This document shows, piece after piece, positions 22,310-31,294 of a stretch of DNA of 64,000 nucleotides; the first letter of the stretch is position 1; each line of letters begins with the position of its first letter. The translations under genes and the position numbers were made by a program. Source of the DNA: Rebecca billardiae RCC1528. Lineage: Eukaryota > Protista > Haptophyta. The stretch spans positions 558,001-622,000 of the forward strand of contig OZ251245.1 of the NCBI GenBank assembly GCA_965240325.2, given 5' to 3'. The notes beneath the pieces are model-generated. The model searched no databases. It saw nothing but the letters and a program-made list of their open reading frames with translations, and was not told where the DNA came from.

Positions 22310-23832
22310 GCCAGGGCGGAGGCGAGGGCGCTGAGGAGAGCTCGGCTGGGCGGCCGCCGACGGCGCCGCGGCCCGGTGCGCCGGCGGCCGCGCCAGCGCC
22401 GACTGCCGCGCAGGAGCAGCCGCCGGCGCGCGCCCTAGCAGCCGCACCGGCGGCGGCGCTGCCGACGACTCGCCCCGCGGAGGAGCCGGGCGCGGGCTCG
22501 CCGCCCGCCTCGCGGCGCGCGCACTGCACACCGCCAAGCGCGAGCTCTCTCGCGCTCGCGCTCGCCACCCACAGCCCGCGCCCGGCGGCGTCGGGCCAAG
22601 CCTCTCCGACAGGCGGCGACGCGTGTGCACCCGGCGCCGCGGCCACGCCACCCCGCCCGCCGCGCGCCGCGCCCATCCTGAGCAGCGGCCTCGTGAGCGC
22701 GCGCTGCACGCGTGAGGAGTGGAGTCTAGAGCCGCGCGCCCGCACGCCGCCCGCCCACGGGGACGAGCGCGCGGCTGACGCGAACGCGCCGCTCGCGGCG
22801 GCGGCGGCGGCGGCAGCTCCGGCCGGCGCGGGCAGCGCGGGCGCAGCGCCGCTGCGCGCCGAGCCGGCTGTGGCGGCGCCCGCCGCGCTGCACGCAGCGC
22901 TCACTGCCACGGCGACGCCCGCTGTGCGCGCGCGGCCGGCCGCACCAAGATCAGCGCCCGCGTCGGCCGCGCGCGCGCCGGCGGCATCGGAGCCCGCGCC
23001 GGCGGCGCCGGCCTCGCTCCCGCCGGCGCACGACGCGGCTAGGGGCATGGCGGCGCCACCGGCCGCGCCGCCAACCGCAGCGGCCCGGCCCTCCGCCGCG
23101 GGCGCGACGGCGCGCCGGTTTGGCACCATCCGCGCGGCGTGCGGCGGCGCGGGCGTGCCGCGCGCCGCCTCCGCCTCCTCCTCCGCCTCCTTGCGCCGCT
23201 CGCGCCCGCCCGAGCTGACCGACCTTGAGCTGCACGCGCTGCGCACGCTCGTCCGGCTCTTCGAGTCGCACGGCGCTGGCTGGCTCGGGCTGAGCGCGCT
23301 GCGGCTGCTGATGATCGAGCTGGGGGACCCGATGACGCCGCTCGAGCTGCGCCGGCTGCTGCGCGCCATCAGCGCGAGCGGCGGCGCGCGCGCGCCGCGC
23401 GTCGCGGCGGGCGAGCTGCAGGTGAACCACGACGTGCTCTGCGCGTGGTTCGCCCAGGCCAAGGCGGCGCACGCGCGCGCAGAGCTCGCGCGCAAGCGCG
23501 CGCCGCGGGGCGCGCAGCACGCGCGCCCCGCGCTCGTGTGGGCGGCCATGCTGGGCAGCTTCGCCGCGCTGTGCGCGCTGGCCGTCGTGTACGGCTCGGT
23601 GTTTGGCGAGGAGCGCACCGCGGCGATGGTCTCCTCGTGGGGCCTCTCGCTCGCCGCGTCCCTCACCGTGCAGGACGGCCCGATCATGGCGCTGGCCAGC
23701 TGCTGCGGCGCCCTGCTGCGGCGCGCCCTCGCCTGGACGCGCCGTGCCAACTGCTGCACGAAGCTAGGCACGGCGCTCGTCAGGGCAGCAGAGCAAGCGC
23801 TCGACGCATGCCGGTTTCTCTTCCTCGGCTGA
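4741..23832 (+). CDS. Giant (~6,150 aa) polycystin-1-like surface protein: signal peptide, 7 RCC1/BLIP-II repeats, (SPPP)n stalk, 2 IPT/TIG, REJ/PKD, GPS, TM helices, degenerate EF-hands; 6 exons
   Basis: Exons 4741-4901, 4997-5176, 5278-5631, 5747-6085, 6254-6433 and 6585-23832 splice in frame. Motifs: signal MGVLALGAGLLALFAP; repeats HTCA...K-CWG.N..GQLG..EMGDSLP; IPT VTAVRPPLGPLGGGTVVTLEGRGF and LFVSLNGQQF; REJ-like DASGSFDP..FEWSL, LAPGAQYVFELSV, PPHGG, LPLSYAF; GPS CRFLDE..W.ADGC...CACDHL/TTF at 19573-19698; TMs near 19820-19900, 20540-20770 and 23530-23710. Confidence 0.85.
6682..14410 (+). repeat. Coding tandem repeat, ~12-bp unit encoding Ser-Pro-Pro-Pro (extensin/HRGP-like), ~2,600 aa
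   Basis: Continuous (AGC|TCG CCN CCN CCN)n array with synonymous variation, occasional SPPPP units and no frameshift over ~7.7 kb. Confidence 0.97.
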
Positions 23833-24075
23833 CGATACTGACGGATACAGACAGCGCATCCGCGGCATCGTCATGAACGCCCTTTTAAGTGCTGCTGATG
23901 GCGGAGCCTGATGGCAATAACATCATATCGTCAGCATGCATCGCATCGTCCGCCCGCGACAATCAATAATAACGACTATTGTACTACATCAGATCAGCTG
24001 CTGGTAGTATAGTATAGTAGACGATACTTAGTAGCTACAGCACACCTCCTCCACCGATCAGCAAGGGCGAGCGAG

Positions 24076-24993
24076 CTACAGGTCGTCCGCATCGCCCTCG
24101 CTGACGACCACGGCAGGTGTCGCGGAGCGGCGGAACACGCGCACTTCCTGCCCCGGCGCCACGCCGCGGCTCACGCGCACGCTCCCGTCCAGGAAGGTGG
24201 TGTCGAAGCGGCCCGCGCCGATCGCCCCGAGCGGCCACGGCACGTCGACGCGCGTCTCCTTGGGAATCAGCTCGAGCAGCGGCTCGAGCGCAGCCGCGGG
24301 GCTGCGGCCGTCGGCGGAGGGGCGGTCGGCGGGGGCGAGGGCGAGGAGCCGACGCACCTGCTGCAGCTCAATCCGCAGCCGCGCCGGCGCGGCCTGCAGG
24401 CTCGTCGCGCTCACCGCCGCCTCGATCACGGCCAGGTGGTCGAGCACCAGCGTCACCTCGCCGCCCGTCAGCCCGGAGAGGAGTGAGCCGATGGGCCCGC
24501 CGATCGGCGCGCCCTCCGGCCAGGGCGTGATCGTGACGCAGTTGCGCACGCGGTTCGCCGCGACGTCCACCTCCTGCCGCACCTTCCGCGTGAGCAGCGG
24601 GGAGCCATCGAGGAGCGGCGACGAGAGCGCGGGCGAGATCGAGCCGAGCGAGCTGAGCAGACGACCGCCGTCCGCGTCGATGGCGTTGGTGGTGAAGAGG
24701 AGGTCCCAGCTGCCGTCGAGCTGGGCGAGGTCGGCCGGGAACTTTGGTGCCGCCGCCGAGCGCTCGAGATCCTCGATGGCCTCGAAGATCTTCTGCCGCT
24801 CCTCCGCAGGCGCAGTGTACCGGCCGCGCGGCACGGCCGACTCGAGCACGCGGAGCAGGTTGTCCACGCACTCGGCCGTCGAGGCCGGTGCGGCGAGGCT
24901 CGCGCGCGCGTGAGGCCGAGTGCTCACCCGCGAGAGGCTCGCGTGCGTGGCCACGCTGGAGCACGCTGCGAGGAGCACGGCGTTGGCGAGCAT
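24076..24993 (-). CDS. PAP/fibrillin (plastid lipid-associated) family protein, probably plastid-targeted
   Basis: Signal-like MLANAVLLAACSSVATHA, then ERQKIFEAIEDLE...LDGSWDLLFTTN...VRQEVD..NRVRNCV...GRFDTTFLDGSVRVSRG..EVRVFRR, the typical fibrillin motifs. Confidence 0.85.
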   Translation of the reverse strand: MLANAVLLAACSSVATHASLSRVSTRPHARASLAAPASTAECVDNLLRVLESAVPRGRYTAPAEERQKIFEAIEDLERSAAAPKFPADLAQLDGSWDLLFTTNAIDADGGRLLSSLGSISPALSSPLLDGSPLLTRKVRQEVDVAANRVRNCVTITPWPEGAPIGGPIGSLLSGLTGGEVTLVLDHLAVIEAAVSATSLQAAPARLRIELQQVRRLLALAPADRPSADGRSPAAALEPLLELIPKETRVDVPWPLGAIGAGRFDTTFLDGSVRVSRGVAPGQEVRVFRRSATPAVVVSEGDADDL

Positions 24994-25109
24994 GCTGCAG
25001 AAGCCGCGTCCGCGGTCCAAGCTCTCACGATCGGATTCAGATTCCGCGCCCAGACGCGCGGGCGCTTCCGCCGCTTCGTCGAAAAGTCTGGAATAGACGA
25101 ATAGTCCTG

Positions 25110-26093
25110 CTAGACCCACAGCCTCGCCGTCCCATCGTGGCTGCCGCTGAGCACCGCCATGCTCGAGAGCTCCGGGTGCACGGCCAGCGCGCACACGGGT
25201 GCGGTGTGCCCCTTGAGCACGCCGACGCACTCGGCGCTCACGAGCTCCCAGATGAAGATGGACGCGTCCTCGGAGCCACCGATCACGTGGCTGTCGTCCG
25301 CCGCCAGCCCAGCCTCCAGCTTGTAGCTGCGCGCGCGGTACTGCGCCGCGCCGGCGTGCTCAGAGCCGCCCGCGGCGCCGCCGTACTGCGCGAGCAAGTC
25401 GCCCCCGCCGAGATCGAGCAGCCGCGCCCGATCGTCCAGCGTGCACGCGAGCACGCACTGGCCGTCGTTGGAGACGGCCGCGCACGTGACCGCCTGCGGC
25501 AGCGTGTGCGTGCGCAGCGCGCCCATCCTGAGGTCGTACGCGCGCACACAGCCGTCGATCGAGCCGCTGACGATGACGTGGCCGCGGACGCAGACGGACG
25601 AGACCGAGTCCCTCGCGTGAAGCAGCGTCTGGATCGGCTCGCGCGCGTGCGAGCGCAGGTCCCAGCAGCGCACCGTCTTGTCGTACCCGGCGGAGAGGGC
25701 GACCGAGCCTTCCGCGTTGAGCGCGACCGCGTTCACGCGGTGCGCGTGGCCGGCGAGCTTGCGCTTCGCGCGGCCCGTCGCGACGTCCCACACGAGGACC
25801 ATCCGGTCCGCGCCGCACGACACGAACGACGCGTTGTCCCGCGCGATGGCCACGCCATACACCTCGTGCGAGTGGCCGGTGTACGCCTTGATCGGCTTGC
25901 GCAGCACACGCGCGCCGTCAAGCGGCACGTTCGCGTCCTCGCCCTCCTCGACACGCGTCGGGTTCCAGAGCATGATGTTGCGGTCCTGGCCCGTGGTCAT
26001 CACGTACGTGCCGTCTCGGTTGAAGCGCGCGCATAGCACCGGCCCTTGGTGGCCGGCCATGATGGAGACGCATCGGCTTGGCCGAGACGCCAT
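25110..26093 (-). CDS. WDR83: WD40-repeat protein WDR83/MORG1
   Basis: GHQGPVLCARFNRDGTYVMTTGQDRNIMLWNP, IKAYTGHSHEV, DNASFVSCGAD, GHAHRVNAVALN, D(L)RS...EPIQTL..ARDSVSSV, GSIDGCVRAYDLRMG, GGSEDASIFIWEL: the characteristic MORG1 layout. Confidence 0.88.
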   Translation of the reverse strand: MASRPSRCVSIMAGHQGPVLCARFNRDGTYVMTTGQDRNIMLWNPTRVEEGEDANVPLDGARVLRKPIKAYTGHSHEVYGVAIARDNASFVSCGADRMVLVWDVATGRAKRKLAGHAHRVNAVALNAEGSVALSAGYDKTVRCWDLRSHAREPIQTLLHARDSVSSVCVRGHVIVSGSIDGCVRAYDLRMGALRTHTLPQAVTCAAVSNDGQCVLACTLDDRARLLDLGGGDLLAQYGGAAGGSEHAGAAQYRARSYKLEAGLAADDSHVIGGSEDASIFIWELVSAECVGVLKGHTAPVCALAVHPELSSMAVLSGSHDGTARLWV

Positions 26094-26204
26094 GCTGGCC
26101 GCGCGGGCACGCCAACTCGTGGTCACCTGCCGGTGCCGAGGCCACCCGCTCATCCAGTCATCCCGCGATGCAGTAGCGCCGGTCGGCGCACGTGCGTCGG
26201 ACGA

Positions 26205-27485
26205 ATGGCCAAAGGCCGAGGCGTGCTCTCGGCGCTACTCGCGCTGGTGGTGTGCGCCGGGCTCGTGCGGCTCCTCCTCGACCAATCGACTCGGCTCAGC
26301 GGGCCGGCCGCTGCGATCCCGCTGCACAGCCGCGCGAGCGCGAGCACGACCGCGGCTGTCGTGCCGCCGGGCCTGCGCGACGCGACGCCCACCGGCGCGT
26401 GGTGGCGCGCATCAGACGCGTCGCGCAGCCCCTCGCGCGGCTCGGACGCCCGCCCCGAGATGATCTGCGCGCGCGCGTGGCCCGCCGACTACGCGCCGCT
26501 GTGCACCAAGCACGCAGCCGAGCTGGGCCCGCTGTGCTCCGAGCGCGCGCTCGAGGCGCTGGCCGGCTCCACGACGCCGGAGGAGCGCTGGCCCGCGCCG
26601 CGGTGTACGTCCCACCGCAACAGCAGCCTCAACGCCGACGTCGCGCCGCCGCCCGACCAGATGGACGCGCTCCACGCCGCCGCCCGCCTCGGCCCGCACG
26701 CGGAGTGCGTGCGCGGCCGCGCGCAGCCGCCCATGATGACGGCGTCAGAGATCGAGTTTGCGCGCCGGCTGCTCGCGGCGATGCGGCCGCGCGTGTACTT
26801 GGAGTGGGGCTCGGGGCTGTCGACCGCCGCGTACCCGCTCTTCGCCGAGCAGTCCATGGTCGTGGACAACTACCAGCCGTGGTGCGACCGCGTGCAGGCC
26901 ATGGCGGCCGTCAAGTGCCTGAGCGATCGCGGCGCGCTCAACTACACGTGCGTGCAGCCGCCGCGCGGGGTGAGCGTGGGCGACACGGGGCGCATCAGCA
27001 ACCCCGCGCACGCGGCCGCGATGTTCGACGCGTACGTCGTGCGCGGCGGCGGCGCGGTGCTCGACGAGCTCGGCAGGCGCAACCTCGCCGTGCACGCCGC
27101 GCTCGTCGACGGCCGCTTCCGCGCGGCGTGCGCGCTGCGGCTGCTGCCGTACCTCGCGCCTGGCGCGGTCGTGCTGCTGCACGACTTCTGGTCGCGGCTG
27201 CACGCGCACCGCCGCGTGCTGCGGTACTACGACGTGCTCGGCCGCAGCGGCTCGCTCGGTGCGCTGCGGCCCAAGCCGCTCCCACCTGTCGCCGGCCCGC
27301 GCGGTGCTGAGGCGGCCGCTGTGGGCGGGGCGCTGCTCGATGGCAGCCGCGGCAGCAGTAGTGCGGCGCCGGCACCCGCCGCGACCGTGGCCGCAGATGC
27401 CGAGCTCGGCGCGGCCTTGCCAGGCCACTATATGCCCGACGACTGGCCTACCGCCTACCTGAAGGAGGCGGCGAACCAGAACTAG
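26205..27485 (+). CDS. Type II membrane class I SAM methyltransferase-like protein (possibly a Golgi glycan O-methyltransferase)
   Basis: N-terminal TM (VLSALLALVVCAGLVRLLL), motif I-like VYLEWGSGLST, then LVDGRFRAACAL and PGAVVLLHDFWSR. Confidence 0.7.
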   Translation: MAKGRGVLSALLALVVCAGLVRLLLDQSTRLSGPAAAIPLHSRASASTTAAVVPPGLRDATPTGAWWRASDASRSPSRGSDARPEMICARAWPADYAPLCTKHAAELGPLCSERALEALAGSTTPEERWPAPRCTSHRNSSLNADVAPPPDQMDALHAAARLGPHAECVRGRAQPPMMTASEIEFARRLLAAMRPRVYLEWGSGLSTAAYPLFAEQSMVVDNYQPWCDRVQAMAAVKCLSDRGALNYTCVQPPRGVSVGDTGRISNPAHAAAMFDAYVVRGGGAVLDELGRRNLAVHAALVDGRFRAACALRLLPYLAPGAVVLLHDFWSRLHAHRRVLRYYDVLGRSGSLGALRPKPLPPVAGPRGAEAAAVGGALLDGSRGSSSAAPAPAATVAADAELGAALPGHYMPDDWPTAYLKEAANQN

Positions 27486-27885
27486 CAGGCCGCGGCGTCG
27501 GACGCCCGCCGTGACCGAGTGCGGCGCCGCGGGCCCGGGGCCGGGATCGCGGGCCGGACGTCGTAGTACGTGTCGGCGGTCGGCGGAAACTGCTCGTCAC
27601 TCAGCTGTATAGTCGTATAGTTACATGATGCGCGCATGCTCGTCGTCACGTCACTCGTCGTCCGTCGTCGTCCGCACTCATGACTCAGCGGTCCGGCAGT
27701 AGCAGCAGTCGTCGTCTGCTGGCTACTCGTCATCAGCCAGTACGGTGCATCGTCGACGTCAGTCGCGAATGTCCGTCCGCGGTCGTCAGTGCCGGGGGCC
27801 TGCCCGCCCGTCCGTCGGACTCGGTGCGGCCGCGGCGTGCGCAGCGCTGTGGCTGGCGACACTCACGTCCGGATGAACACATCAG

Positions 27886-30800
27886 TCAGCGCGTCAGCGC
27901 GACTCCCCGCCCGCCCCGGCCAGAATAAGCCGCAGCGACATCATCAGGCCAGCAGTTATAGTTTATTGCAGTATCGTTGGCGCCGGCCACCTGCTCGTCG
28001 AAGTCTTTGAGTTTGAGACGAAGTGCAAGGCCACTCGACGGGAACTCTCGAGCACCGCCCGCTGCAAACGCCGCCTCCTCGGTGTAGTCGGTGTCGTCTC
28101 CAGCGGCGCCTGAGTACCGCGCCATGATCACGCCGCCGTTGTCCAGCCCAATGAAGGCAAGCGGCTCGCTCGGGTGCGCGGCCATACTTGTCGGCTGCGG
28201 CGGCGCGCCCTCACACCCAAGCGCGGCGCTGAGCTCTTCCGCCAGCGAGAAGGCGCTGCCGCCCGGGGGCACGCCGTCGGCACTGCGGGTGCGCACGCGC
28301 GGGTCCGGGCACGGGCGGCGGGGCAGTGCGGGGCAGCGTGGGCAATGTGCGCGGGGCAGACAGGCTCGCGTGCACACGCCGGCGTGCGGGCCGCGGCCGC
28401 CACGAGCAGGCTTCACCGATGCGCTGGCGCGGCGCGCACCCTGCGATTGGGCCGAGCACGAGCAAGTGCCGTTCCGTGCAGAGCAGCAGCACGCACTCGC
28501 ACCAGCGCCCGTCCGATGCGAGCCCTCCGCACGGCGCGAGCGCCGCCGCACGGAGCTCAGCCGCGCCAAACGCGCGCGCAGGGAGCGACCAGATCTCGCA
28601 GAGCGCAGGCGGCTGCTCCTCGCTGTACTCGGGCGCGAGCGTGAAGGCCGTTGCGGTGTCCGTCGTGACGACCACGAGGACGCGATCGCCGTCGTCGCAG
28701 CGCCACTCCGCGGCCAGCACCCGGGCTGGCTCGTCGCGCTCGTCCACGCCCGCGGGCGGCGGCGGCAGCGGGTGGACGCACTCAGTCGGCACGACCGTGA
28801 ACTTTCCGTCCTGCATGCGGTCGACGCGCATGATCTGCACGCGCGTGGGCGCGACCAGCGCCATGTAGACGCTGTCCCCGGCTGCCTCGGCCGGGTCGAC
28901 CGGCTCGATCGCGCACCGCTCCACGCCCTCGCCCAGGCGGTGCGGCGCCTCCTTGGCCGCGAAGCAGAGGTTGTCCATGCCGTCCATCGAGTTGTCCGTG
29001 GTGGAGATCTGCACCAACTGCACCGTGCGCACGCACCTCGCCGTCACGAAGATCCACTGCGACTTGCCGCCGTTGGCGATGCAGAGCGCGCCAGAGGCGA
29101 TGTTGCAGATGTTGTCGCCAAAGCTGCGCCGATCCGCCTCCGAATCGATGCGCGCCCTCCCGTCCACCTTGCCGAAGATGTCCTGTGCGCGGAGTCAGCC
29201 CGGGCGCGGTGCGGCACGGAGCGCGCGGCACGGGGCGCGCGATGCGGCGTGAGGGGTCGGGCCATGGGGACCGACGTGCGCGTAAAAGAGGCGTGAGGGG
29301 TCGGGTCATGGGGACCGACGTGCGCGTAAAAGAGGCGTGAGGGGTCGGGCCATGGGGACCGACGTGCGCGTGCGCGCGGGCCCACAGGCGCCGCGCTCGG
29401 CGTGCTTGGCGCGCGCGCGCCCGCGCACCCCGAGAAAGCTCAGCTTCCGCTTGGATGACGTGACCAGCGAGAAGTGCGCGCACACGCGGCCGTGCTTGAG
29501 CATGAAGAGGCTCTTCGAGGGCCGGCCGCAGATGGCGTGCGGGCGGTGCGGCGCACTATCCAAAAGAGCGCCTTTGTAACGCCTATGGGCGGGGTCAGCG
29601 GGGCCGCGGATGGGCGGCTCGGCCCGGGAGCCGCTCGGCGCCGGGCAGAGCGCATCGACCGCGCCGTGCCGCCCGCCCGCGCACCATGCGCTCCAGTTCG
29701 ACGCGTGCGCCGGGTCCTTCAGCATGTACAGCAGCAGCTCGCCGTGCTCGTGCAGCGCGCACACGCCGACGTGCGCGTCCGCACCCGCGCCTCTCTTGAT
29801 GTACTCGGGTGGATCGGGCAGCGCGTCGAGGAACACCAGCTCGCGCACGCCCACATCCGGCATGTAGGCGATCGTGGGGGGCGGGGGCGGGCGCACCTCG
29901 CACAGCGCGAGGCCCGACGCATGCGCAAATGCCCCGGGCGCGCCCATGCGCGCGCGCTTGGGCGCGCGCTCGCAACCGGGATCGGTGCCGGCGGCGGCGG
30001 CCTTGGCGCGCGTCGCGCCGAGCCGGTGGTCCCCGTCCAGCGTGCACTCGGAGAGGGCGGGGCACGTCTGCGCGTCTGCGCCGGCGGCGGCCTTGGCGCG
30101 CGTCGCGCCGAGCCGGTGGTCCCCGTCCAGCGTGCACTCGGAGAGGGCGGGGCACGTCTGCGCGTCTGCCAGCAGCTTCTCGCGGATGAGCTCCTCCGCG
30201 GGCACAGACGTGCCGTTCTCGAGGCGCGCCAGCCCCTGCAGCTGCAGCGTGAAGGACCCCGCCTGCCGATCGAAGGCTCGCCGCAGGAGCTGGTGCACGC
30301 CGCGCTCGTCGGCCACAAGCCGCTCGCGCTCGTGCGCGCTCGCCGAGCGCATCCGCTCCTTGTGCAGCATGTACAAGATGCGCCGCAGCATCCCCTTCGT
30401 CATCGAGCCAGAGCCGTCCTCCTCCTCCAGCAGCATCAGGTCGGGGCCCACAAACGTGCACAGATACTCGAGCGCACGCGCGGGGCCCGCTGTCTGGAAG
30501 AGGTGGACGAGGTGCTTTGCGTCGAAACACAGGGCCCGCGCCACGCGGTCCAACAATGCGCTGTGCTCCGTGTCGCCCTCGGCTATGCACGCCCTCCAGC
30601 TGCGCAGCACGCATTTGATCGAGGTCTCGTTCGTCTCGTCGATCTGGCCCGACTCGCTGAGGTCGACCCGGGCCGCGCACATGGCCGCGTGTAAGCCAAG
30701 CTCGCGGAGCACCGCGTTGATCCGCTGGGCCTTGAGCACGGAGAAGCGCCCCAACTCAGTACTGCCTCTCTTGCCCAAGGCGGACGCCCTCATGAGCTCG

Positions 30801-30919
30801 AGGTTGCGCGCATGAAGGAGGTGGAAGACGACAGTGCAGACAGGGTTGCGCACCGCACGCGTTACGTCCGCTGGGATCTCGCCCAAAGCCGATGTCTCCA
30901 TCGTCACGTCCATCACCAT
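27886..30919 (-). CDS. Uncharacterised multi-exon protein, possibly with a beta-propeller-like C-terminal half
   Basis: Long coding-like frames 30919-29429 and 29182-~28403 join across a phase-0 GT-AG intron (29183-29428). A further exon from ~28283 carries PTSMAAHPSEPLAFIGLDNGGV (WD-like). The second donor and the 3' end are uncertain. Confidence 0.6.
29246..29371. repeat. Intronic 44-bp minisatellite, ~2.9 copies
   Basis: GGCGTGAGGGGTCGGGCCATGGGGACCGACGTGCGCGTAAAAGA units start at 29246, 29290 and 29334, with one substitution. Confidence 0.95.
29992..30169. repeat. In-frame 90-bp tandem duplication within a CDS
   Basis: Identical blocks are offset by 90 nt (CCTTGGCGCG at 30001 and 30091) and encode ADAQTCPALSECTLDGDHRLGATRAKAAA twice. 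Confidence 0.95.
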
Positions 30920-31294
30920 TCGCGCTCGCGATCGGCGCCGAATTGAGAATAATGCCGAATACAGTCGCACACGCAATGGCGGGGGTACATCAGGACTCTA
31001 CACTGCTACTTTCTGATGTACGCAGTACAGTGAAGGATAGTGGCTGAGCAAGCCCACCGGCCCGACCGCCTGCCGACTCGCACGGGCGCGATCGTCATCG
31101 GACCGTATTCAAGGGCCGTACCAGTGTATTGTAGCTCAGTGATGAGCGCGGCTTGAGCTGAGAGACATATGCGCGATGACGCGGGTCGCCTCGTACTGCA
31201 CAGTGGTGACATCGGATCTTGGGCTGGATTGTGACAGCAAGGGCGGGGTTAGCAACTGCCGCCCCCTTGCCAGGCATTGTACACGCGTGTCGGC

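Noticed and set aside
27482-27604. Possible last exon of the unknown minus-strand gene (phase-0 intron 27605-27990) whose TAG would overlap the methyltransferase TAG in a CTAG
   Set aside because: Any CTAG gives stops on both strands, and the putative intron looks like ordinary intergenic sequence. Unsupported without RNA-seq.
29246-29371. 44-bp repeats with an internal hairpin as a CRISPR array
   Set aside because: The units are directly adjacent with no unique spacers, lie in a eukaryotic intron, and there are no cas genes.
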